The translations under genes and the position numbers were made by a program. From positions 310,001-374,000 of the forward strand of contig OW569376.1 of the NCBI GenBank assembly GCA_937625935.1: DNA of 64,000 bases, given 5' to 3'. Position 1 is the stretch's first letter. Each line of letters begins with the position of its first letter. This document shows, piece after piece, positions 32,803-42,067 of this stretch. Below the pieces are notes generated by a model that saw nothing but the letters and a program-made list of their open reading frames with translations, did no database searches and was not told where the DNA came from. This stretch comes from Tetramitus jugosus. Taxonomy: Eukaryota > Protista > Heterolobosea.

Positions 32803-35800
32803 ATGTCCAGTAACCCAATCACGACAATTGACCACAACGGTAGTTTGAATGACAACAGGGATGAGCCAACAACCATCGAATCCTCTGCTGCCTCGCCACC
32901 TTCTGACATTCATGCTGACTTTTTAAAGCTTTTGTCTCTCGTTTTCATTGACGACAACATCAGTCAAAATGAAAGTCACCACGAAAGAGATGTTGTCTGT
33001 CACATGTCAGAGTTTCAGTCGTCTTGTGAATTTATTCAACGATATTGTGCTCCCAATGTTCAGTCATCTGATAGCTTCTTTGCGAATCTAGAGAAGAACA
33101 ACACGGACTTTAAGGGAGCAAAGGATCGAACAAGCTATGTTGAGGAATTGTGGTCAACGATTGAATGTAACTTGAAGGAAATTGTGACACAGAATCCATT
33201 TAGAGAATCTGTTGATGATCAACGTGGCTCCTTTGATGACGAGGCTAATGAAACAAGAAAGGAGAACTTGTTGTTGCCTCTGTTGTCATTTCTGGATGTG
33301 ATCAATAATCTTTGTATGGATTATTTGCAGTTTTTGACGAAAAAGAAGGACACAAATGTGAACGAAATGTTTTTGAGGTGTGCAGTTTTGTTGCATGACT
33401 TATTGTTGATTGTCAACTCGACAAACGAGGGTATCGAGTTACAGTCAAAAATATCGTTGCTATGTGAGCGTGTGTATCTGGCATTTCCGGAGAATGATAT
33501 TGCCTGTGACACTGTTCCAAACAATATTGTGTATTTATTATCAGAGTCATTGCTTCTATCTGCCAAGAAAATTTTAGTGAAGAGAGTGTACAAAATGAGA
33601 AGTGCTCTAGATTTACTGGATTATTCTCAATCCACAGTTTTGCACGATATTCTATTGAGAACAGTCATTTCACCACTGTATCTATCAACAAAAGAAGGCA
33701 TTAAATTTTTGGCTTATGCCTTTAATGTTGATCCCTCTCTGCCACCCTTATTCCACTCTGCAATTGTTCCTCAAATACCACAAGCCAATGAGACAACGAT
33801 TAAGTCCTATGGAGAGTTATACTTTAAGAGTTGGAGAGGTTCTCAAGCCCAATCTCTCCTTCAGATTGAACATAATTGTATTCAAGACTTGATGTTTCAT
33901 GCAATTCATGCCCGAAATCCTACACTCTTCTCAAACCTCAGACTTTTGCTCAATGCTTTTCATGAACAAAAGAATCAAGCTGGCGTAGATGAGGTGCTTT
34001 TGAGACTATATGAGCCTATTCTCTTCCGCTCCTTGAATGTTGCAAACTCACTTGTTAGACGGAATGCGACATGCATATTTGTTGATGTATTTCCTTTGCG
34101 AGATCCAGAGTTCAACAAAGAAGATGCCGAAAATTTGCTTCAAAAACAAATTGGACTGCTGAAAGAAGTATTGATCGATGATTGTCCCTTTGTCCGAGTT
34201 GCTGCAGTGGAAGGATTGTGCAAAATATTAACCCTTTACTGGGAAGTGTTTTCATCTGATGACTGCTTCAGTCTCTTGAAGAAATTGGTAGCCAAGCTTG
34301 CCTATGATGCTAACTCTATTAATGTTCGAGTGTCTGTGTGTAGGGGATTAGCATATTTGCTAGATAACCATCTATCCCACCACGTTCTTAAAAGTAAGTA
34401 GGATTTCTCTTGATTGTCCTGGACAACACACTAATCATCAATTGAACAGAATTGTTACCAAAGCTTGGGTCTCTCATTAACGATAACTCAGCACTGGTGA
34501 GAAGCTCTCTCATTTCACTTCTCCTTCGTATACGTACAGTACGTTCCATCGAATTCGACTCAGTTGTATCTGAAGAGAGTTTACTCGATCGCCTGGTAGT
34601 TGACTCAGAACAAATCAAAGTTCATATCTCCTCTTTGCTTTTAAACTCATACTTTCCATACAATCAGGCCCAATCAGAAATTGTATGTACCTCCATTCCG
34701 CTAATATTTTGATGTTTTCAAAATACTCACACCATTTCTTTTCAAGCTCGAAAGAGTATTAAACTTAGTGTCATTGAATGCCCATGCAGCCAAACAGTTT
34801 TATAGATATGTATTAGAAAGTGTACCTGACTCAGCTCCTGCCAAATTAATCAAGACTATCAACAAACTGCTCCGAAAATGCATGAAAATAGTATGTCCCT
34901 TACTACTACAACTTACGAACCTTAACAATCATTCACCACTAACCGCTTGTACTGTCAGACGGATGAAACCGAACGTTCACAAGAGGATAGTAAATATGTC
35001 AAAATTGCCCAAGATGTCAGTCTCGTCGGCGATCTTATCGAAATCCTTTCCAATACTTTCTCATACATGACAGCACATTTGAATAATACGGAATCTTTAG
35101 AGGTAAGTTCTGTTGTTCTTCCCTATATTCATTCCTTGTTCCATGGCTTACTTTTAGTGTTTAGTTTTTAAGGTCTGAGTTTACGAGTATCTACCTCCGT
35201 GATTTGAACATTAGCTTTCCGACATTACATATCGCGTCTCAAGTATGGGCCATAGCGAGGTTTCTCCCACAAGAGAGTATGGACGTTCTCATCTCTGATG
35301 CCATGTTTAAACTTGAACAAATGTGCAAATCTGGATCGCTACGAACAGACTACGAATATATATTTGAGTGCATAGTTGGGTGGGGCTATGAAGATAAACT
35401 ATTGAGTTTAATACATCGCTATCATGATATCCATATCCGAAAAATCGAGGAGTCCAGACAAAAGAGACAGAAGGTATCACAGAATGATGAAGTGCCACTT
35501 AAAACTAGGGTTAAGCAATCGATGGTGGCATTAACATTGCTGCACTGTACCTTGAAAAATGAGAAACTGTGTACCTATTTAATGAAATCAAAGAAAATAC
35601 TGGATTCAATATGTACATACCAATACGGTGTGATCAGTGAGGTACTTACGAAATATATTGCAACAAACGAAGAAGAAGAGATTATAGACCGCGAAACATA
35701 TGAGATGTACATGAGTATGATATTACATACACACTCAATGGTGATTACTCGGAAGATGCTTCAACCATTACGAACCAAGAAATTTCAAAAGAAGAAAAGG

Positions 35801-37103
35801 AAGGATCAAGACCAACTGTTCGCAAAAGTAAGTGATATCCCTTTCATATTTCGCCCTATGATTAACGATTTAACACGTATGCTTTTAGATGAATCAAACA
35901 ATACCCACCGATATTCATCACCTATTGGTACTGTTCATTAAGATCATTATTCCAACAATCATGGAGAGCTCCGATAATTTTGGTTTAGAAGTTGTTGAAG
36001 AGTTGGGTATTCAATCTGTCAAAAGTGGAAAAGAATACAAGATTGACTTTTATCCTCTGGGTGTAACAATACTGAAAAGTATCTGTTCGTTCATCAACGA
36101 ATGGATTCAAGTAGGCATTATTCGATTTGGAAATGATGAAGTGAGTGACGACCAAAACCCTCAAACCCTTTTGACTTCTTTGTTTGATTCCTTGTGCAAT
36201 CCGAAGAGTATGTAGTTCAAATCTGTCGTTAGTTAGTTTTCTCTTCAGTTCTAACCAAATCAAATAGTGCGCCCAATTCTGCAGTATATTCTACCCGATC
36301 TACTTAAGTCAATCTGCATGATTCAAAATCAGCATGTTTTTGAGTTCCCTGTACAACTCCTTTCTCAACTACTGTTCTCTGCTCCAGAGTTCTTTATTCC
36401 ATCTTTGAGTCCACCAGTCATCCATATGAAACTGGAGGAGGAAACACCCGGTCTTGGTATCAAGTATCCCAAATCTGTGCGCTCAAAGATCGAAAGAGTA
36501 GTTAATCATAGGAGAGACTACATACAACAAATATTGTTGAACTCCTCAAACACTTGGGCCAACGTGATTTATCTAGCTCGCATACTTCTGCAATCCTGTT
36601 TCAATGCACTGCAGGAAAGTTCGGATCAGTCAGAAGTTTCACCCTATCATGCGATTTCACTATCTATTGATCTTGTGCACGAACTGACACTGCATAAGAG
36701 AAAGAAGAATACGAACCAATGCATCACTGCCTTCTCATCCGAACTATGCAATTGGCTACAAAAAATATGTGATAATCTGGGCATCACTGACAAAGAAGAA
36801 CACGAAACAGCAGAGCTAATGTTATGTATCGTGTTGGATCTGTGTGCTCTGGTACTGAACAAGTTCACCCAACTGCTCGAACAACACCAACAATCGCTCA
36901 TGAAGCGTCTATTGGCCAAATTGAAGCTCGATTTGCCCATGATTCTCTCTCCCATGAAGGACCGAGTCAAATTTGAAGAAACGAGGAACAAAATCCAACA
37001 TTTGACTCTGCTATGCACTAAAAACAGCGCTGAAACCCCACAACAACAGCCAAACAAGGAGGACTCAACAACCGCCACCTCATTCGAACTGAGTATTGAA
37101 TGA
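32803..37103 (+). CDS. NCAPG2: Condensin II complex subunit G2 (HEAT); 7 exons, introns 34394-34449, 34683-34746, 34891-34958, 35103-35164, 35828-35888, 36208-36267
   Basis: GVDEVLLRLYEPILFRSLNVANSLVRRNA..FVDVFPLRDP, VRVAAVEGLCKIL..YWE and LAYDANSINVR. Six GTAAGT/GTATGT...AG introns of 56-68 nt join seven ORF-track segments in frame. Confidence 0.9.
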
Positions 37104-37194
37104 ATGACAAACAATGAAAAATCATATTTATTTTGTCACTTATGAGTACACTTCAGTTTATATTATATGCTACAATTCGAATCCATCGTGGTGG

Positions 37195-37374
37195 TTAGTT
37201 GGTTTGTTTGTTATGAAGCATGAGCACACTCAGTGTCAACAGAGCAAATATGCCCGCCACGAAAAAAGATGATTTCTCGCTTTGATTATTCAAAAGTGCC
37301 CCAGTCATGAGAGAAGCATGAGTGGATGCACTAGGTAGATCATCTTCGCTTATATCCAAATGCTTTTGTCCCAT
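37195..37374 (-). CDS. Possible 59-aa tail-anchored microprotein
   Basis: ATG at 37374 after an A/C-rich leader like other starts in the window; single C-terminal hydrophobic helix FFVAGIFALLTLSVLML. Confidence 0.35.
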   Translation of the reverse strand: MGQKHLDISEDDLPSASTHASLMTGALLNNQSEKSSFFVAGIFALLTLSVLMLHNKQTN

Positions 37375-37905
37375 TGTGTTCTGCTTTCTTTGCTGTTGTT
37401 TTTCGGTTTTCAAGCTGTTTTTTGAAATCCCAAAGACAACTTGACATTTGACGAGTGAAAACTGTAGACAACAGGTGAGATGAACTTCAATGAATGGAAC
37501 TAGTGGAAGAACATTCCGGATGTGATGGACCCAAAGGAATTGTAAGTTTCTGATGACAAAGAGTTTGCACCGTCATACTCATCAATTCTAAGAGAAATGC
37601 CTTCTCCGAGGAGTTCACGTCTAGCCTTCTAAAAGGTCTATCATTCGTAGTTGTGTCAAAATTGTGAACTATCACAAAGTGGCCAACTGCCGTCCATCAT
37701 CCCGAGCTCCGGATAAGGAAAATGAGGACCCCATGGACCTTCGAATTCCTGAAAATTGATAATACTCCCGCGAAGAGCAAGGGAAACGGAAAAATTATCG
37801 CTCGACGCAGTCACGGTTGGCCTGCGTTTTTATTCTGCGTGTTTTTTGCACAACTTTCAACAAAACATCAAAACATCATTAACAACTATTAACCCATATA
37901 ACAAA

Positions 37906-39456
37906 ATGAGAGCTGTGTCCGTATTCATTGCTTTGGCTATTATTGCCATTTTTGCTGTCATGATTCAAGCTTCCGAGTCCAGACACCACAGAGTGTCTAG
38001 ACTTGTCGAGTCAAGAATTGGAAAGCTTCCACTTGCTGATAGCTCCAAGATTGACTTGGACAAGATTTTCAAGTACATTGACACCGTCCAAAAGGTTAGA
38101 GATGTCTTGAGAAACGAAGAATTTGCTGACAAGTTCAACTGGGAAAAGACTGGTGAGTACTTGCAAAAGGCCAACGAAGTCTATGACAAAGTCAAGTCCA
38201 TCAGAGACATCTTGGTCTCCTTGAAGAAGAACAAGTCTCTTTCTGACGAAAGCTTCGACTGGGCTAAGATTGACCAATACTTGAAGAAGGCTGAACAAAT
38301 TGTTCAAATCTTGAAGACTGAAGAAGTCCAATCTGACAAGTTCAACTTCAAGAAGGCTTTGAAGAAGGTCGGAAACGTCGCTGTCAAGGCTGGCAAGGCT
38401 TACGCAAACTCCAAGGGAATCCCTTTGGCTGATGCTGAAAAGTTCAAGATCAAGAAGTTCTTGAAGAAGGCTGGAAACGTTGCTGTCAAGGTCGGAAAGG
38501 CTTATGCTAACTCCAAGGGAATTCCTTTGGCTGATGCTGAGAAGTTCAAGATCAAGAAGGCTTTGAAGAAGATCGGTAACGCCGCTGTTAAGGTCGGTAA
38601 GGCATACGCTAACTCCAAGGGAATTCCTTTGGCTGATGCTGATGCTCAAAAGTTCAAGAACTTCTTGAAGAAGGCTGGCAAGGTCGCTGTCAAGGTCGGA
38701 AAGGCTTACGCAAACTCCAAGGGTATTCCTTTGGCTGATGCTGAGAAATTCAAGATCAAGAAGGCTTTGAAGAAGCTTGGCAATGCTGCCGTTAAGGTTG
38801 GTAAGGCTTATGCTAACTCCAAGGGAATCCCTTTGGCTGATGCTGAAAAGTTCAAGATCAAGAAGGCTTTGAAGAAGATTGGCAATGCTGCCGTTAAGGT
38901 CGGTAAGGCTTACGCAAACGCCAACGGTATTCCTTTGGCTGATGCTGAAGCAGCAAAGTTCAAGAACTTCATGAAGAAGGTCGGAAAGGTTGCCGTTAAG
39001 GTCGGAAAGGCTTACGCAAACTCCAAGGGAATCCCTTTGGCTGATGCTGAGAAATTCAAGATCAAGAAGTTCTTGAAGAAGGCTGGAAACGTTGCTGTCA
39101 AGGTCGGAAAGGCTTATGCTAACTCCAAGGGAATTCCTTTGGCTGATGCTGAGAAATTCAAGATCAAGAAGGCTTTGAAGAAGATTGGTAATGCTGCCGT
39201 CAAGGTTGGCAAGGCTTACGCAAACGCCAACGGTATCCCATTGTCTGATGCTGAGAAATTCAAGATCAAGAAGTTCTTGAAGAAGGCTGGCAATGTTGCC
39301 GTCAAGGTTGGTAAGGCTTATGCTAACTCCAAGGGAATTCCTTTGGCTGACGCTGAAAAGTTCAAGATCAAGAAGTTCTTGAAGAAGGCTGGAAACGTTG
39401 CTGTTAAGGTTGGCAAGGCTTACGCTAACAGCAAGGGTATTCCTCTTTCCGAGTAA
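37906..39456 (+). CDS. Secreted tandem-repeat polyprotein (516 aa); putative precursor of cationic amphipathic (antimicrobial/cytolytic) peptides
   Basis: Signal peptide MRAVSVFIALAIIAIFAVMIQA, three divergent helical modules, then 11 units of 34 aa. No Cys; strong AAG/GCT/TTC/AAC codon bias. Confidence 0.9.
   Translation: MRAVSVFIALAIIAIFAVMIQASESRHHRVSRLVESRIGKLPLADSSKIDLDKIFKYIDTVQKVRDVLRNEEFADKFNWEKTGEYLQKANEVYDKVKSIRDILVSLKKNKSLSDESFDWAKIDQYLKKAEQIVQILKTEEVQSDKFNFKKALKKVGNVAVKAGKAYANSKGIPLADAEKFKIKKFLKKAGNVAVKVGKAYANSKGIPLADAEKFKIKKALKKIGNAAVKVGKAYANSKGIPLADADAQKFKNFLKKAGKVAVKVGKAYANSKGIPLADAEKFKIKKALKKLGNAAVKVGKAYANSKGIPLADAEKFKIKKALKKIGNAAVKVGKAYANANGIPLADAEAAKFKNFMKKVGKVAVKVGKAYANSKGIPLADAEKFKIKKFLKKAGNVAVKVGKAYANSKGIPLADAEKFKIKKALKKIGNAAVKVGKAYANANGIPLSDAEKFKIKKFLKKAGNVAVKVGKAYANSKGIPLADAEKFKIKKFLKKAGNVAVKVGKAYANSKGIPLSE
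38338..39453 (+). repeat. Coding tandem array: 11 copies of a 102-nt (34-aa) unit, last copy 32 aa
   Basis: Unit consensus KFKIKK(F/A)LKK(A/I)GN(V/A)AVKVGKAYANSKG-IPLADAE; 1116 nt = 10x102 + 96. Confidence 0.97.
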
Positions 39457-39671
39457 ACACTCCTAGCTTAATTTTTCTTTTTACAGCTGTAGATCCAATC
39501 TTGTTTCTGATTTTTGTGAGCGCGAAATTTTTGATTTTTGACGAGTGGAGAGTTCCAATATTCGTTGAGCCATGGTGCCTCTTTGGAGAAGTTGTCAAGT
39601 TGCAGCAGTGCTTCCTCCTCACACAACAACAAGAACAACAAACAAGCAACAATTGTATTTTATCAGTGATC

Positions 39672-40772
39672 ATGCCTATCGATGAAACCAACCATCATCA
39701 CCATCAAGAAATGGATGACGTACCTGTTGAGCACATGAACATTGACGAACAAACAGCTCCTTCACAGTTTGATCCTCCATCCATGAAGACAACAGGTGGT
39801 AATTACAGTCCAAACGGTACTCTCAATTGTCTCTCATCGACCATCTTTGTCGTTTCGATCATCACATTGGCAGGTGGTCTCTTTTGTGTCATGTTTCTGC
39901 TCGGATACTCTGTTCCATTGTTTCGATATGCCAAATCCTACAACAAGTCCATTGTTGAGAGCAATGCTTGCTATTTGACCAATGAGACAGACGTTAGCTA
40001 CTTGTATCACACCAAAGTCGGTTCCTACTTTGACGTGACGCAAAATTTGGCGACTACGACGGATGATGGCGCGCAATTGATTTTGGAGCCTGCTTTTTGC
40101 GGAAGATTTATTTCGAGAGACAATGTGAATCGAACCACGTTGGTGGAGAGACTGTTGGCTGCCTATCCAAAGGACTCGTGCCTGTCCAGGATTGATGCTG
40201 TGAATCAAACATTCCCCTGCTGGTATAATCAAGATGAAACTTCTCTGTCTGATCCAAGAGTAACAGCTCAAGAGCTATCAGAGTATAAGCTATTGATTGC
40301 AGTGATTAGTATTATTGCGTTTATTATGCTTCTCGTTTCCATTGGACTCATCATATTCTCCACTGTTGTCATTCTGAGAGACAATATGAACGATAGGACC
40401 GGTGGAAGGAAATCTACTGGTTTTATGATGTCTCTGTTGACGAATATGGGTCTTCAGGCATGCACTATTGCCATTTGCTTTATTATGCCATGGTTAGGAT
40501 GGATATTGTGGCCTATTGGAACATATATTGGATTCTTGGTGTTTGCTGTTGTGTTGGGCTTGTTGATCATCTTTGTTGTCGCAACTGTTGTTTCTCTTAT
40601 TTTGTTCCGTGTAGTGTTCAAGAGAGTTCACATTCGGTACTTTAAGATTATGTTGATTGTGTTCCTAGGTGTGAGTTTGGCTGGCATTCTCTATCAGATT
40701 GCAATGGTTTACCCTGTTGGTGTCTGGGGATTACAATTTTTGAGCAGGAGTGACTTCCTTCCGATTGCATAA
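39672..40772 (+). CDS. Multi-pass membrane protein; the first two TMs flank a Cys-containing loop reminiscent of BK-channel beta (KCNMB-like) modules
   Basis: TM1, loop with C residues ending NQTFPCWYN, TM2, then about 3 further TMs; ATG at 39672. Confidence 0.6.
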   Translation: MPIDETNHHHHQEMDDVPVEHMNIDEQTAPSQFDPPSMKTTGGNYSPNGTLNCLSSTIFVVSIITLAGGLFCVMFLLGYSVPLFRYAKSYNKSIVESNACYLTNETDVSYLYHTKVGSYFDVTQNLATTTDDGAQLILEPAFCGRFISRDNVNRTTLVERLLAAYPKDSCLSRIDAVNQTFPCWYNQDETSLSDPRVTAQELSEYKLLIAVISIIAFIMLLVSIGLIIFSTVVILRDNMNDRTGGRKSTGFMMSLLTNMGLQACTIAICFIMPWLGWILWPIGTYIGFLVFAVVLGLLIIFVVATVVSLILFRVVFKRVHIRYFKIMLIVFLGVSLAGILYQIAMVYPVGVWGLQFLSRSDFLPIA

Positions 40773-40806
40773 AGGGTTGATTGTTTGCATATTTCAATCA
40801 ATAAAA

Positions 40807-42000
40807 CTAGTATTTAATGGATAGTGTTTTCCTCAAATTCATCGCTTTGTTGATTGTTGTGGAAAGGTCCTTCTTAACTCCATCGAAGCATCCAGATAAA
40901 TCGATGAGTTGGAGAGAAGAGGATTCATTCCTGGTCACAGCCTCGATCAACAAGGTGGCATCTTCCCGAATTAGATTATTTGACAGGTTTAATACCTTGA
41001 GAGAACTATTTTCCTTGAGACCAGAACACAAGAATCGAATTGCCTCTCCATTTCCAAGTGCGTGATTGTTGGAGATGTCAAACTCTTCCAGAGCAATGTT
41101 ACTCTGAAACATGTGACCAAGCTTTTGGGCAGCTCCCTCACTGATCCCATTCCATCCCAATCGAATCCTAGACACTGCATTATTGCTCCTCAATCCTCCT
41201 AATACATGAATGGCTCCTAGAGTTCTCAGCATATTCCATTCTAAATTGATCACCTTAAGTTCCGAGTTCGAACTCAACATTTGACTAATAAACAATCCAG
41301 ATCTTTCTCCCAACTTATTGTAGCTCAGATCGAGATGTCCCAAGGTGTAGTTTTCGGTAAGAGACGAACAGATATCCTCTACATCTGTATCTGACACATT
41401 GTTAGATTTTAACACCAGTTTCTTCAATTTTACATTCCTTAGCAGCATATTCTTCAATACTGCCCCAAGAGTCGATTTTGACCTTCCTAGTCCCTTGTTG
41501 CCCAATCGATTTTTCGATAGATCCAACTCAGTGATTGACTTATTCATCCTCATCACATTCATCAAGACTTCTACACCATCGATAGTTATTGAGTTGTCGC
41601 ACAAATTCAGACTAGTGATCAATGGATTCGATTTAATACATTGTGCGACAGCGATGCAGCCCTTGTCTCCAAGCCCATGCATGGTAAGATCCAATTCAGA
41701 TGTAACCAATTTCTCTACAACCGTCTTCAAAGGAAATATGTAAAAGTCGAAGGATTTACATGCTCTCTCATAAGCTTCAATTCCTCTCCTTGTAAAATTC
41801 TGTTTCTGTTCTTCTGAGAGCTCCATTTTTGAGTAGTCCTCTTGTTCTTGTACATCTTCACTATCTCGGGCCACAGTTTCGTTGCTCACATACTCTGTGT
41901 CGAATCTCAGATCGTCGTACTTTCCTTTGGGTATTTGTATCTGATTAGATAACCTCTTCAACTCTTGTTGAATTAGTTCTTCTACAGTCGTATCATCCAT
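40807..42000 (-). CDS. RNI-like leucine-rich repeat protein (LRRC74-like)
   Basis: 28-aa LRRs (LxxLDLSxNxLGxxG); N-terminal YERACK..P and LDLTMHGLGDKG. Confidence 0.85.
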   Translation of the reverse strand: MDDTTVEELIQQELKRLSNQIQIPKGKYDDLRFDTEYVSNETVARDSEDVQEQEDYSKMELSEEQKQNFTRRGIEAYERACKSFDFYIFPLKTVVEKLVTSELDLTMHGLGDKGCIAVAQCIKSNPLITSLNLCDNSITIDGVEVLMNVMRMNKSITELDLSKNRLGNKGLGRSKSTLGAVLKNMLLRNVKLKKLVLKSNNVSDTDVEDICSSLTENYTLGHLDLSYNKLGERSGLFISQMLSSNSELKVINLEWNMLRTLGAIHVLGGLRSNNAVSRIRLGWNGISEGAAQKLGHMFQSNIALEEFDISNNHALGNGEAIRFLCSGLKENSSLKVLNLSNNLIREDATLLIEAVTRNESSSLQLIDLSGCFDGVKKDLSTTINKAMNLRKTLSIKY

Positions 42001-42067
42001 CGAGGAACCTTGTTTTTTGAAGCGATGAATCCGCTGCTTACTGAAAAAACCACGAATTCGAGCGCAT

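Noticed and set aside
34394-36267. NCAPG2 as a frameshifted pseudogene
   Set aside because: Each frame break is explained by a canonical short GT...AG intron that restores the reading frame.
38011-38649. 212-aa Leu/Ser-rich repeat ORF on the minus strand
   Set aside because: It is the antisense shadow of the codon-biased polyprotein gene and has no independent features.
38338-39453. 102-nt periodic array as a CRISPR array or non-coding satellite
   Set aside because: There are no unique spacers, much of the variation is synonymous, and the frame stays open behind a signal peptide, so it is a coding repeat.
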